From: the human T2T-CHM13v2.0 reference genome, Homo sapiens
NCBI RefSeq assembly: GCF_009914755.1
Contig: NC_060925.1
Length of the DNA: 64,000 nucleotides
Direction: 5' to 3' (one strand)
A program made the position numbers and the translations under genes. Shown piece by piece: positions 1-14,679 of this stretch (the first letter of the stretch is position 1; every line of letters starts with the position of its first letter). The notes under the pieces are model-generated. The model worked only from the letters and a program-made list of their open reading frames with translations, made no database searches and was not told where the DNA came from.

Positions 1-1269
1 AAAAAAGAGAATATTCTTATTTGGCTTATAGTCATACAATTTTATGGCATTTAAGAAAAACACTTTGACAGTTTAAAGTAAACTAAATACTTAACCCCAT
101 CCCCACCCCCAAACCCAGCATTAAGAGATCACATATAGAAACAACTTACCAGAAGAGATACTACTATGATTCGTTTATGATGGTCAGTTCACAAATTGTT
201 GTAAGATACAGTATTAACACAATATGCTAGAATCACCATTTATCAAGTTTCATCAGATTTAAAAAAATGGACGAAATCACTTCTCACAAAGATCACAGTA
301 ATACATAAGCGACTCAATTACACCTAAAGTGAAAATTCAGATTCATAAAACCAAAATGATCAGATTAAATGTTTTAACTAATTGCTCCACTAGTCAAAAT
401 ATACATTTCCTTTTATGACAGAGGCCTTTAAAAACTGCCCCCTTTTCTGAATGGAAGGGATATAAGACTAAACTTCTGGACAAATAATCTCAGTATGACA
501 AAATATTTCTGTATTATTCAATTTCCCAAGCATCCAAATTTTAGTATCATTCTAATATCTTTCCATCATAAAACCAAGAACCAGAATATACTGCTGTTTT
601 TCAATAGGTATAGTCGCCTCTTATCTGTGATGTGCAAAAGCTATAACCCTTCTTTACCTAACTATCCACTATTGCCAAACAGACATGTTTGGGTTATCCC
701 TGAATTTTGTTTCTCACTCCTGAGCAAAATGAACTACAATATGGCTGTATTAGGCCTCCTTTGTATTCAAAAACATTCACAAAATTTTGTGAATATTATT
801 TTAAATTATAGTAATTGCTTCTGGGACCAAAAGGACATTAACTTTTTAATGTGACAAAAATGCACCATTACAATCTGCTACAGTTCATCGATAAGCATGA
901 TATACTTGCTTCTGATTTGTTACATGTTTATTAAACTACAAAAATTTAAAGAGAAGATTAACTGGAACAGACATTCTGTTTAGGTAATTCACTCAGCATT
1001 CAAAGATGAAATGATAAATCATAATAATTTAAAGCCAAGGTCAAAATAAAAGGTAAGATTACTTTTTTTTTTACTTTTTTATGTCTTGCTGAGATCAATT
1101 ATTAGTATTAGAAACAAGAACATTTGGACTTGCAATCTGTTCACTCAAGTAGAAATATGTGGCATCTTAGTGACTAGAGGGGAGCAACATGTACATATAC
1201 ACATATAACAATGTGAAAACATTATAGAATTCTCAGAGATGAGACATACAGATTACTAAATTTAAAAAG

Positions 1270-1350
1270 TCTTCACTTTACAGATAAACTCGGGCTCAGA
1301 GAAGTTAAAGGAACTTTCCTAGGGCATATGAGAGTTTTTGGCAGAGCCAG
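1270..1350 (-). mobile_element. MIR SINE fragment
   Basis: cactttacagataaactcgggctcagagaagttaa resembles the reverse MIR core (ttttacagatgaggaaactgaggctcagagaggttaa). Confidence 0.55.
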
Positions 1351-1736
1351 CACCACAGCACAGACACCTGCTTAAGCTCTACCAATCTGCTTCTTGTGTA
1401 AAAGGAGTCAAGAGATCATAAGGCAAACACTTCTATCACTCCAACCTTTTCCCACCTTCCCCTGCTCCCAGGCTTAAAATGTTGAGTGTGCAATAAGGCT
1501 CTGGTACAGTTTTAGCATTTCATAGACAATTTTCAAGTTACCTTAACATTTAACTAAACAAATGCTCTCCCCTCCTTTCTAGCTATTTCATTAATCTGTT
1601 TTCATTCTGCAGACTGATTTTTCTACTTTTTTGATCCCATTATAGATCAGTGAAAATTCTAAGGAGAAAGAATCCTATTTCCTTTCATCACAATCAATTT
1701 GAAGAATGATATATTTATGATACTTTCAAGGCTTAA

Positions 1737-2090
<354 letters not shown>

Positions 2091-4420
2091 CTGTTTTCTT
2101 CAAAGCATTTCTCAAATGTGTATAATGAGAATTTGGGGACTGGTAAGGGCTTTGGAGATCATTGAATCCAGCACGCCCATCTTGCAATTCAAGCCTGCAA
2201 ACTGAAGCCTAGTAATGTAACAGATTTACCTAAGGTCCCACAGGTAGAAAGTGAATAAATATTCTGGTCTACTGTTATCTAAACCAGTAGCATTTTTACT
2301 ATCCTTTCTGTGAATCATATTCAGTATAACAGTTTACTCATCTGACACCATCCTGTGCTTTTATCACAAAAATCCAGGTTTTGTCTTTATTTGAAACTGT
2401 AACCTGTAATAATAATTCAGATATTAAATATACTATAATGCATACAGTTGTTTCATTCGTGTTTTATAAAGGTAGTTTTTGTGTCTATTTTTGTAACACC
2501 TACTGATCCTTACTAAAACATCTGAATATCTAAGACCTCCTGTAACACAGTTGATCAGTTTGTTTCAATCATCCCAGTAGCTAATGTGCATTACTTTACT
2601 GTTACCCAGGCTGTGATAATTAGTTATAAGGATTATGTTTGCTGCAATGGACTGACTATTCTCCAGGCCCATATCTCTACTAAATGGGCTAACATAGAAC
2701 AAAGACAAGGCAGTGGCTAAATTTTCACTTTAATCACAAATCATCTTGACTAAAAGTTCACATAGCTCAAATCTGAGATAGCTGTTAGACTTTCATTTTT
2801 TCCTGTAGTAATCTAGTCTCAAAATTTTGACACAAAGAAATTACCAGCAGATTGTGAGACATTCATTGTAGACTTTGCCTCAAAGAAAGTTACCTAGATT
2901 GTATCTCTTATTTATCTATCTGTTTCGCTGCAGGTATAAGATTGTTTTAGTTACTGATTCTCATACAATGCAATTCATCACTTTTACTCCATTCTGTAGG
3001 GGATCAAAACATTTATAATCTTGGCTTTGCTACTGAAATATTTTTATAGTTACTAAAATTCTACAAGTGCTCTTATTATAACATAGCATGGTTATATATT
3101 TAAATAACAGAGGATTGGTTATTTATGCATTTGTTCAGGTATATTTTGAAACTAAAATATGGAAATAAAAAAGGGTTCTATATAATAAATTTTCACAGTT
3201 TGACTTTCCATAAGGCTTATGAAATAATATACAAATAGCTACCATTCTGCTGAAATGTCACAGTAAATACATTAATGGCACAGAAGTGAAATGTCCCCAA
3301 ATGGGAAGCCATCTTCATGACCTCCTAAATCTCTTTTCCAACTAAAACTTTTTTTTAATTGAAAAAGAGTTCCATTTCTAAAAGAATATAAAAATAGAAA
3401 ATGAGTTAAGGAAACTTTTACATATATAATTTTGAAGGAAAAGCTATAAACATTAGATGAAATATTATATATATCTTTAAGAATGTGCTTTGTCTCACCA
3501 CACCAAACATCCCATGAAAACAAAATTAAATGAATATATTATATATGAACTGTTGAAAGTATAACTAAATGTTACAATTTTAATTAAGATAGAATATTAA
3601 AACATGTAGTAAGTACTAACACATTTTTGTCAAGTTCAGCTCAGCTAAAACCTATAAGGCTAATTTGCAAATTTATCATTTTGATTAAAAAATAAAAGAA
3701 TGTTTAATCAAGCAAGGCACATTTCTTTTAGGCAAGTCTGTCTTTAATACCATTCATTTGGGCACAGTGTAGACTTCACTTATTTATATGTAAATGGGCT
3801 AATCTATGTATGAGAGCCTTTGGTACAAAACACACCTTCACAAATAAAGTTGCACATAACCCAGAACATGGAATATAACACGACTATATCTCATGATTAA
3901 ACACAGTCCACTACTTAATTGAAAAAAAAAAAACAAAAAACAGTAATAGTTGGCTTGCTAGAAACAAATTTTAGGCTTTCTTTCTGCAGCACTGATTATA
4001 GTTTTTGGATGATTCGATTTCATCAAAATGTCAAAAGGTTGCAATGATACCTTAATATTTTTAGCATTCTTCATCTCTTGATGAAATGTCTTTTATATGC
4101 ACGCATTATGAAGCGAATCCTCCAACTTCAGAGTTGTTCCCTTTATATAAAGCATTTGTTAGAGACATATTATTTAATGTCAACTGAAATAAAAATATGT
4201 GCTGGCAGATGGATCACTGCCCATCAGTGATATAACTGCTACTGCATTCTTGATCCAGGCAATTTAAAATGGAGCATCCTACTGGTCAGTGCAGCTCTAC
4301 AGTTCTTTATATGGGGGGCTCTTCAGGGATCTGTCAGACAGAGTAAACACAATAATTTACTGGTATATTTAACTTTTAAAAAACTATAGACTTTATGTCA
4401 ATAGAAAATGTTCCATTCAT

Positions 4421-4840
4421 GAACCAGCCCAAATGTCCCCAATGATAGACTGGATTAAGAAAAGGTGGCATATATACACCATGGAATACTATGCAGCCAT
4501 AAAAAAGGATGAGTTCATGTCCTTTGGAGGGACATGGATAAAGCTGGAAACCATCATTCTCGGCAAACTATCACAAGGACAGAAAACCAAACACCGCATG
4601 TTCTCACTTACAGGTGGGAATTGAACAATGAGATCACTCGGACACAAGGCAGAGAACATCTGCCTGTTGGGGGGTGGGGGGCTGGGGGGCTAGGGAAGGG
4701 ATAGCGTTAGGAGAAATACCTAATGTAAATGACAAGTTGATGGGTGCAGCAAACCAACATGACACATGTATACCTATGTATCAAACCTGCATGTTGTGCA
4801 CATGTAACCTAGAAGTTAAAGTATAATTTTTTAAAAAAAC
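4421..4840 (+). mobile_element. 5'-truncated L1PA 3' end (about L1PA6) with perfect 18-bp TSD
   Basis: End of ORF2 (WHIYTMEYYAAIKKDEFMSF...), G-rich 3'UTR and A-rich tail. TSD agaaaatgttccattcat at 4403-4420 and 4841-4858. Confidence 0.95.
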
Positions 4841-5254
4841 AGAAAATGTTCCATTCATTATATATTTTTTAAATGTTGCTTTTTAAAAACTGTTACCCTG
4901 AAAACCTCAAGCAATTTAATTGTCTAAATGTATTAACTACATATTTCTTTTAATTTGTAAGTTAGAAAACGTTTTGGAGTATGCTGAAATTATAGACATT
5001 TTTCTACTAATAATGATCTTGAAATTTAGTCCAAACCAGTGTGATAGTTTGCTTTTGGACACAAAATTTATCTTCAGCCTTAGAATCATCGAAAGGTTCT
5101 GAGTGCCTATTGATTTTTAGAAAAATGTATGTGTTAATTTTCTCAGTGTATTTCCAAGGATTTTTTTTCCTGGCTGCCCATCTTACTGTGGTAATCTATG
5201 ATGAGAACTCTTGAAGTGAATAAAAATCCAACGCTAAGTGTCATGGAGAGAAAA

Positions 5255-5273
5255 AGAGAGAGAGAGAGAGAGA
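5255..5273. repeat. (AG)n microsatellite
   Basis: About 9 AG units read directly from the sequence. Confidence 0.85.
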
Positions 5274-5569
5274 CAAGACACCAAATAAGTGCTGAGAAAA
5301 CCATGTTCTATGTGCTAATAGGATGACATTCCTATCATTTATCTCTTCATTATAAATAACTTTTAAGTCTGTTGATTCTTTAAAATATGAACTCTGCACA
5401 GTTATGTACCATTTTAAAATTTCCCAAATTAAGACAATAATAACCACTTGACCAGGACAAGAAATAAAGGTTAAAGATTTGGTGCTTCCCTTCCTTAACT
5501 GCCAAAATAATTATTGAGAAATTCTGATAGCAAAATATTTCTTAAGAAGAGGATAAAGCAATACAATAG

Positions 5570-5720
5570 ACTTATTCACTTCCTACATCCAGAATCTAGA
5601 ATAGTGTTTGGCATATAGTAGACACTTTATATGCTGAATTAATGAATAAATCTCTATCACCCTGGGTAGTGTCTGACACATAGGAGGTACTCAGTAAATA
5701 CATGTTGAATACATAAATGG
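5570..5720 (+). mobile_element. Two adjacent L2 3'-end fragments
   Basis: tagaatagtgtttggcatatagtag...tgaattaatgaa and tctgacacataggaggtactcagtaaatacatgttgaat both match the L2 tail. Confidence 0.6.
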
Positions 5721-6569
5721 ATATATAAAAATTAGATTTATGTATTCTAGAAATTTACTAACTATATAATATAAAGACAGAAATTATAAAGACAAAAATA
5801 AACCCAGCTATAAACCCAGATGCTATAAACCCAGCTCTGGGTTTGAATATGTGAATATCATCCATCACAATATGTAGAGAAGACTATTTCCCATATATAC
5901 TCCTGGTTTTAGCAGGCGCCCAAAACCAGTGGTAAATGCCCAAAGATGGTGATCTGGAATTTGAGTGTGCTTTTGATGGAAGAATCATTCACTTGCTAAA
6001 TTAAATACTGTATGCCTACTGTGTGCTGGGCAATCAATTAACTATCTATTGAAATTTTTTTCTTATTGGCCTGGATTATACACTCGGTCACCTTGATCTC
6101 GCAGACAGATCACTGCTCATCAGTGATTTTAAAAGTCTTAACGCTGATTTTAGGCAAAAAGAAAGAGTACGTTCACAGTATGCTTAATTTTCACTATCAG
6201 AGTTTTAAAGTTATAATGGTCTAATAGTTATTAATGACTACTAATCATAAGAAATCACAAGTAACATGAATGACCTAGCATCCATTTTATTTCCTAAGTG
6301 CCTAGGTTCTGCTCAATGCTACTGCAGCTTTGCTTACCTTGAGAAGTCTGCATTAAGCTATTCTTGTCTTGCTGCTGTTACATTCTTTTTATATAAAACG
6401 GTGGGCCTTAAAAAACAACCTCATGTATTAATACCTGCCTCTCAAGGCTCTTGAGATTATTAAATAAGAATGGTATAAGCATGGCATCCTAATAAAGTAT
6501 AGGTGTGGAGGGGGTGGTAATTCAACGAAACAAAAATAAAAGTGATATCAGGATAATCATCATAATGTC

Positions 6570-6894
<325 letters not shown>

Positions 6895-9365
6895 TTAGTG
6901 GTTAAGATGTGGGTTGAAAGGCTTAGAAGAATGGACCCAAAATCGATTCTATAAAATGAGAGAAAGGAAGTACAATAGAAAACAGTGACCTATAATTGAA
7001 GATAATTTACCAAATAAATGTTCCAACATATAGAACAAGAAAAGAGAATAAGAATAGTCAAATTTCAATAATTATCAAATTTATGAAGAAGTAATTAATA
7101 CCTCCAAAAGGCCTAAATGAAAGAAGTACAGAAACCTAGCTTACTTAACTGTTAGTCTCATCAACTTATATTTGATGAGAAAAGAGTTGAAGTCATTCTA
7201 TAGCATGTAGTTATATGGGAACTTTGTTTTCATGTGTCTATATACTTTGACATCTATTAAATTACTTAGTGTTAGCTGCACACCAATAAGTTTTACCAGT
7301 TCTACCAAGTAAATGGTAATGAATAAGCTCAAGGACTAGAAAGATTTCTTACTCGATTCTATATAATTCTCTGATTGAGGTCTTGAAAATTATGTACTCT
7401 CAGCAAGCAAAAACCTTTAATCTCACTCAGTAATTAAAGTCAGTAATATGTTAAGATGTGAGCTTTTAAAAAAATCTAGAAAGTCATGGGAAAATGAGCT
7501 GTGAGGTATAATTGATACTACTTTGAGCCGTATTTAGGTCTACTAATAATAAATATCTTCAATTTATATGGTCACACAATAAAATGCTCTTTTAAAATCA
7601 GTTAAAAGGTCTGCAGGGAAAAGATCTACAGACTCTAGGTATAAAGCAATTCAAACAGTTCTTGCTTGGAGTAGTTATTTCTGTCTGTACTTTTTGGTTA
7701 CCCAGTTAATTTTGCTCTTTAGAAGTCTGACACATAGTCACTCTTGTTTAACAAGCTTTTCATAATAATTTCTTATAGAAGAAATGTATTCATGACTATC
7801 TGATATTTTATTGCCCTGTAGTCAGACACGAGGTAAATACAAAATGTAATGGCACATAAGGCTGCCTCTTAAATGTCTAATACCTTGACTAAACAAAGTT
7901 ACAATAGAAAATCCAGTAAAACCCATAGTGAGTTAAATCATAAAAATAAACAATGTCACAATCCTTCACCCAAAACCAGAAAAAAATAAAACTATAGATT
8001 TCAATCCTATATTTTATGTCATTTCTTTAAAAATCCCTAACATTTTTCTCAGAAGAGAAAAATGATCTTTATCCCATGTGAGCTTAACTGCATAAAGTGG
8101 CGTAAGGAGAAAGAGTTTCTAATTTCTGCTGGTCTACATATGTAAACTCAGGCACATATGTTAGTTTCAAATTTGTTGACACATTTGGTAAGGAAATTGT
8201 GCCACTTCGATATGCAGAGGCAACAGTCAAGTCATTCTCTGGTCTGGTTTGCCTGAAAATGCAGGGAAAGGAGAAAATTCAAAAGGGGTGTGGAGAAAGT
8301 TCCTCTCTATTCTTATTAGGAGAAGCCTCATTTCCTACTGCAGAGGAAAGTGCCTTGGTTACAATATTACATAAAATCATGGCACTATCTGCAGTGGTCA
8401 TATCAATGCTTTAGTTAGTTTCAGTCATTCCATACTATATGTGTTGGTATTTCAATACCGCTAGGAATCTCCCAATACTAAGAACCAAATGCTACTGGAT
8501 TGCCTTCACCTTCCATTTTATTATTTAGAAGTAGTTTAAGTTTGACCGTTTTATAAATGTCACTCTACAAATCTGCTCTTACTTTTCATTAACTGATTTA
8601 AATGTCCCCATCTGCTTTCATGTATGAACAATCACTTCAAAAAATAGCTAATTTTTATTATTTTAAAAAATAGCTAACTTTTAAATGTCATAATTTTAAA
8701 ATGTAATGTTAATTGCATTTTGCAAAAGATAGTCAGGCCATATCTACAGTGATGTAATTCTGTAATGTGATTCACTAGTGAAATCTAATGTTTGATTCAA
8801 TCAGCTTCCATAGTAATGAAGACTCCATGGATTTTCAGGACTCATCATTAACTGAAACTGAGACTGAACTTATAGGGAAGTTTCTTAGAATGTCTGCTAG
8901 ATAGATAAGCCTTTTGTAGATATTACTTGTTCGTTCTGATTTTGCTGTGCTGTCCTGGTCAATTAGTCAACATGTTTATGTTATCATTGATTAAAAGCAC
9001 TCTATTAGCTATTACGTATGAAAAAACATGGTCTTTGTGAAGCATTCTAACTTCCAGGTATCCTTAGTGACTAGGTACCCTCAATGATATCTCATATAAG
9101 GTAACAGTTAAGTTACTTACATTAAAGGATTGCATCCCCATAATTGGGTGGTGTAATATTTCTTGTGGAAAACTTGCTGGAGCATGTTTTCGCAAATGCA
9201 AGCCTTCTCCAGTGAACTGATTACAAGGAATTTTGTCCTTCAGAGCATGATGAGGAGTGTAAGCCACATAGTGATTAAATGAAGCATAGATGCATGACAT
9301 GAAAATTTTGTTTATAGGTTAAAACACCTCAAATTGGAAGGCAATTTCCTTCCTCTCATCTCTCC

Positions 9366-10725
9366 TTCCAATAGATATTTATTGGGCACCAACTGTATTT
9401 CAGGTACTATGCCAGGTCTTGGGTGATACAGCATACTGAGCAGACAAAACTCCTTGTCCTCATGGAAGGGAATGGAAAACATACAATAAACAAAATAAAT
9501 AAAATACCTAATACATTAGAGGAAAAAATAAGAAGAGAAAGGATATAGAGAGTGTTGTGAGGTTGCAATTTTAGATAGTGTGGCTAGGGAAGGCTTCAAT
9601 GTGAAAGTTGCACCTGAAGGAGGTGATGGAGGCAGCCACGCAGCTATCAGATGCTAGAACATCCCAGGCAGGGAGAACAATAAATACAAAGACCCCAAGG
9701 TGGAGCATGCCTGGTGTATTTGAAGAAGATCAAGGTGGCCAGTGTGGCTGCAGCACAGGATCAAGTGGGAGAGGAGTTGGAAATTAGGTCAAAAGGGTAA
9801 GGAGGGCAAAATGAGACAGGGCCTTGCAGGCCATTGTAAACAAGCCTTTAGTTAGTACTCTGTGTGAAATGGGGTGCCAAATGGTGGTCTTGACACAAAG
9901 ATGTAATATAACTTGATAAATGTTTTTAAAGAATCACTCTGGTTATGTTGAGAATAGACTCAAATAAGAGGAAGGATGGAAACTGGAGGACCAATCGGGA
10001 GGCTACTGTAAAAATTCAGGTGAAGATAACGATGGTTTAGATCAAGTGGTAGCAGTAGAAGTGGTATGAAGTGGTAAGGCGTTTGAAACATTTTAGAAGT
10101 GTCAACACAGTGGACTAAATAAGGGGTGTAAGAGAAAAAGAAGAATCAAGGATAATTCCAAGGATTTTACTTTGAGCAACTGGAAAATTGAAGCTGCCAG
10201 TAGTGGAGGTGGGGAAGAGGGCAGGAAGTACAGGCTTGATGGGCTAGAGAGGGGAGAAGGACGGAAGCTCAGTTTTGGATATATTAGGTTTGAGATGTCT
10301 ATTAGATATCCAAGTGGAGACGTCACGTAGGCAGGTGGAAATTCAGTCAGGAGCTCAGGGGAGAGATCTAGCTGGGAGATACAAATTTACATACACAGAT
10401 AATTTAAAGCTATGAGAATAAGACAGAATGAAGAACGAAGAGAAGAGAAAGAACCAGTAAATAAGATTAAGAAGGAGAGGCCAGAGAGGTAGAAAGAAAA
10501 TCCACAGTGTGGTATCTTGGAAGTCAAATGAAGACAGTCTTCCTAGGAAGAGGTAGCTGACCATACCAAATGCTTCTGATAGGTCAAATTGAAATGAGAA
10601 CTGAGAAATGACCACTGGGTATCGTTATATGAGGTTACCAGTGACCTTGCCAAGTACACTTTTGGTGGAATGATAGCGGGGTGAGAGCCTTTTGGAGCAG
10701 ACTCAGGAGAGAGTGGGAAGGGATT
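9366..10725 (-). mobile_element. L2 LINE (L2a-like), about 1.35 kb
   Basis: Starts with the reverse L2 tail (atatttattgggcacc..). Continues with typical L2 segments such as gagatgtctattagatatccaagtggaga and ttaccagtgaccttg. Confidence 0.85.
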
Positions 10726-10726
10726 C

Positions 10727-11570
10727 AGTGGTGAACAAAGGGAGAGATAGTCCCCACTCTCATGGAAGAAACAGAAATTAATCATATAACACAAATAAAT
10801 ATAAAATTACAGCTATGTCAAGATAACATACTATATTTAATGCATTCTAAGACCTACATTTTTAGATTTGAGCATCTATGAAATTGGGATGCACCTTAAA
10901 ATCACTGGTACTTTATCCTTACAATTGGAAATCTTGTAAAAAATAGCACATAAGTAATAGTATTTCTTATAATCAAGGGCATCTTAAGTTTAATGAACTA
11001 CTATACTATAATAGGGGAATTGAAAAAACCAGAGTCATGAGAGATGCCTTGGAGGAGTATTGAAGTAAAAATAGAAGTCAAGAGGTGAGGAGAGAAAGAG
11101 GAGGCTGGCAGTGAAATATTTGCAAAGATCCCCATTAGCTTAAGGTGGAAAGGGAGCTTATCCTGTAACTGGAAGAAGACCAGGGTGACTGGAGCACAAA
11201 AGAAGGAAGGGAGAAATATAAGCAAAGAGGAGGTAAGGCTAGATATGAGATCATGTGGGGCCATAAAAGCTATGCTAAGCCTTTGAGCCTCTATCCTAAA
11301 AACAAGAAGACCCTGAAAGAATTTTAAGTAGGGGTGGGTTATATAATCGGATTTTGGTCTCAAAAAGATCATTCTGGCTACCAGGAAGAGAAAGGGTCAG
11401 ACTGGCCACAAGAAATGTGAGGATGCCATTAAGAGACCTTCACACTTAATGTAGGATAGAGATGACAGTGTGGATTACAGTGGTCCTGGCAGTGCCACAG
11501 TAAAGTGGGCTGTTTTTAGAGATATTTGGGAGGCTAAATGACAAAATTTGGTGATAGGTTGAGTATATTT
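10727..11570 (-). mobile_element. Older L2 fragment interrupted by MER104
   Basis: L2-like segments (aaagatcattctggcta, gagatgacagtg, agagatatttgggagg) on both sides of the DNA transposon. Confidence 0.65.
10831..11002. mobile_element. MER104-like TcMar-Tc2 non-autonomous DNA transposon
   Basis: About 170 bp with degenerate inverted ends (ctatatttaatgcattctaagac ... catcttaagtttaatgaactac) and internal tgaaattgggatgcacctta matching the recalled MER104 consensus. Confidence 0.65.
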
Positions 11571-14369
11571 ACTATTTCAGTGAATGTTATTTCATTAATA
11601 AATACATTGAGAACACTAGGCAATAAACCTGCATTTTAAGTAAGGCTGGAAAAAAAGAAAAATGATTTGTAAATATTTATGCTGCACATACAGAATGAAA
11701 ACCAATATTTTGGAAATTCACTAATTTTCAGAAAAAAATGACACCATTTAGAAATATAGACAGAAAGTAAATGTACTGCAGGATAGGAAGTAATCTATGA
11801 ACAGGTGAGGGGTGTGTGTGTGTGTGTAATAAATTGTCCCCACTGCTTCTCTTCCAAATTAATTATGTTTTAATGTAAAGAACATGTTTAAATGTATAAA
11901 AATAAGAACCTTAGGATTCAGAGGGACTTCTATAATGAACAGAAGTTTAAAATAAATGTAATGGAAGACAAATGAAATAACAGTGCTGTCTGATATAAAA
12001 CATGTAGGCATGATGCTAACTTTCATTCTAAAAAGTGGGTAGGGGCCTCCATAGAGATTCCCAAGAGCCTTTGTGCTATGATATTAGGAGTGGGTGTGAG
12101 GTTGGAAGCTCACTGTAAGAGAAAAAGCTTCTCCCCAATCACTATCACCATACTGGAAGGTATGACCCCTGTATCTGCAAAGTCAGAGTCTTGCATGAAC
12201 AAATTTATTCATAACATTCTTTAGATAGGATGAAATATCATTTTTTTCTCCATTTAAGTGTTATATTGCTAGCAACCAGAATTCCAGGCTTTACTTTACA
12301 GGGCAGAGTTCCTATTTCACTCTATTTAGGTTACAACAATAACAACATGGATCCCAAGAAAATGATGGAGGCTCTTTCCCAGATCTCTTCTTAATATGCA
12401 TTTGATGGCTAATGGTGCAAATTTTAAAACAGAAGAAAAAACACATCTGGTACAAAAGAACCCAGTAAAATCATGAAAACGTTTCTTTTTAAAATGTATT
12501 TTCTTCACAATTTTGAAAATTAGCTCACGACATCATTAAAAATCAAGACAAACATCTGAAAGTTTTCTAACCAGTCTGAATCATTTAAATTATACTTGCA
12601 AACTGAATATGAGTACATAAAGAATACTATTATCATATGCTATATAGCAATGGCCATTTTCTGGCAGAAAGCTAAGAGCTGAGTCACAATAGTAAGGTCT
12701 GGGCTCTGATTGGCTTCTACTCCCTTTTTCCTGCCTCCTTTGATGTACTTTCTCTCAAAGGTTATCAACCACTTCCTAAAGGTATATAAAAACAAGTGAT
12801 TTCATTAATATATATAGAATTGCCCCCAAACCCATACGGAATAGTACAAAAACCAATAATTGTATCCTCCTTAGTTTAAAAGGCCTAAAACAAAACACAA
12901 AGAAAAAGCTCCCACTGTAAAAATGCAGCCCTAAATATCCTCTTCCACATTCTTATGCTCCTCACCTCTATCTCACAGTGTTTCCATAAGTCTTCAGATT
13001 ATGGGGCACGTGTGCTTCTTTGCATTTCTTAGTGGGAAGGGTTATCACTTCTATTCACAGCTGAGAGGTGGGAAGGACTTGGAACTGCTGTAGAAAATGT
13101 TGAAATTTTAAATGTATAGAAGTCAATAAGTTATAGTTATGGTACTCAAAGGAACAGACTACTAGTATATATTATATACATTGTCTTTATATACTATAGC
13201 AAAACAAATACTTGAGTATATTATACGCCAAAAAGGTAAATAACAAGTTTTATGCCAACAAACCATAACTTTAAATGTCTTCATACTGTGCATTTAAATT
13301 TCAATACTGAAATTTTATTTCAAAGTTTAGAAATAACTGACATAATGCTTCCTCCTATGCGTAGGTGTCTGTGGTTATGTCACCACAGTTGGTGTATCAT
13401 GTCATTTTAAAACATCATAAAAGAAATAAAACAATAACAATGTTAACTTCCATGTTTCTATCTGGATTCATCAGCTGTAAGGCATATACATTTTTCCCCA
13501 GGGTGTTGATGGGTGTGCACTGATCCAGTCACACCTCCTCACATGAATCTCTTGCTATACACAGACATCCGTATATTTCTTCAACACATAAGACGTGCAA
13601 CTGAGCTCAACAGTGAAGGTTGTAGTTTGGCAAAGCCAGCTGGCATGTGCAAATGTAGGCTCATTAGAATTTTGCTCTAAGCCCAAATCATTATCCATTT
13701 TCATTTCATAAATGATTTAAGAACTGAGAGAAGGGTCTGCAGCTATTATGTAGGAAAAATTTTATTTTAATTTCTTTAGAGCACAGATGCCCTTAAAGAT
13801 CCATGGAGTGGTTAGGTAAGGCAATAATGTCACAAGTTTCAGTGAACTGGCAATCTCATTCTGCTTTTAATACTTCTGTTCTGAATAATTTCTTCCCTCT
13901 TAATAAGGGAGAGTCAAAATATTTACATGACTTTCTGGTATGGTTCTTCAGTAAATGAAGCAAAGCATAAGGAGATAGAAAACTAATTTGCATAATGCTA
14001 TCATCTATTGTTGATTAAAACACATGAAAACAGAAAAATCTTGAAACTGAAAAATATCCATTGTCATAGCAGTTATCACTAAACACTACTATGACTGGTT
14101 ATACTTTCTAAGATTAAATCTAGATAAACCAACTATAAGAAAATAATCTTTTGTTATTAGAAAAGTCAATCTCTTCATCTTATTTAAATAACTTATATTT
14201 GATGCTTATATTTGGTTAAAATACCTGCTTATTTTAAACAGGTTAATTTTCAGTATACTGAAATGAAATAGGTTTCTGGAGATATGTTATCTACATGAAC
14301 TCATTAATTAGTGACATAGGCTGAAGCCAAGTCTAAAAGCATAAGAGATTTGTCTTTCAAGTCACCTAA

Positions 14370-14572
14370 TAAAAGTAGCATGGGTTTCAGAGCCAGAATA
14401 ACCTGGCTTTAAATCATAACTGAGTCTCCTGCTAGCTGTGAAGTCTTAGGGAAATCACTTAACTTTAAGCATCTATTTTATGCCCTCCTAAAATGAGGTT
14501 AATAGCACTTACCTTGCGGAGTTGACAAGTGTCCAGGACATGGTTGACTCTTAATAAATGGTAATTATTATT
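14370..14572 (+). mobile_element. MIR SINE
   Basis: gagccagaataacctgg..tagctgtgaagtcttagggaaatcacttaac..taaaatgagg..taataaatggtaattattatt. Confidence 0.75.
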
Positions 14573-14679
14573 CTTATAATAGAAAGGAAATAGGAAGACA
14601 CTGATTACTTGTGTATTTCATATTCACAAAACATTGTATTAATTATACAGTGCTTGTGAGTGATGATCACAATATAATC

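Noticed and set aside
4208-4225. IRE-like hairpin on the minus strand (AUGGG-CAGUGA-UCCAU)
   Set aside because: The required unpaired C five base pairs 5' of the loop is a paired G, and the second copy pairs poorly in this register.
6085-6130. Hammerhead-ribozyme-like core on the minus strand (CUGAUGA-GCAG...CUGC-GAGA)
   Set aside because: The conserved GAAA reads GAGA, I could not build stems I and III around a valid NUH site, and the sister copy at 4205 lacks the core.
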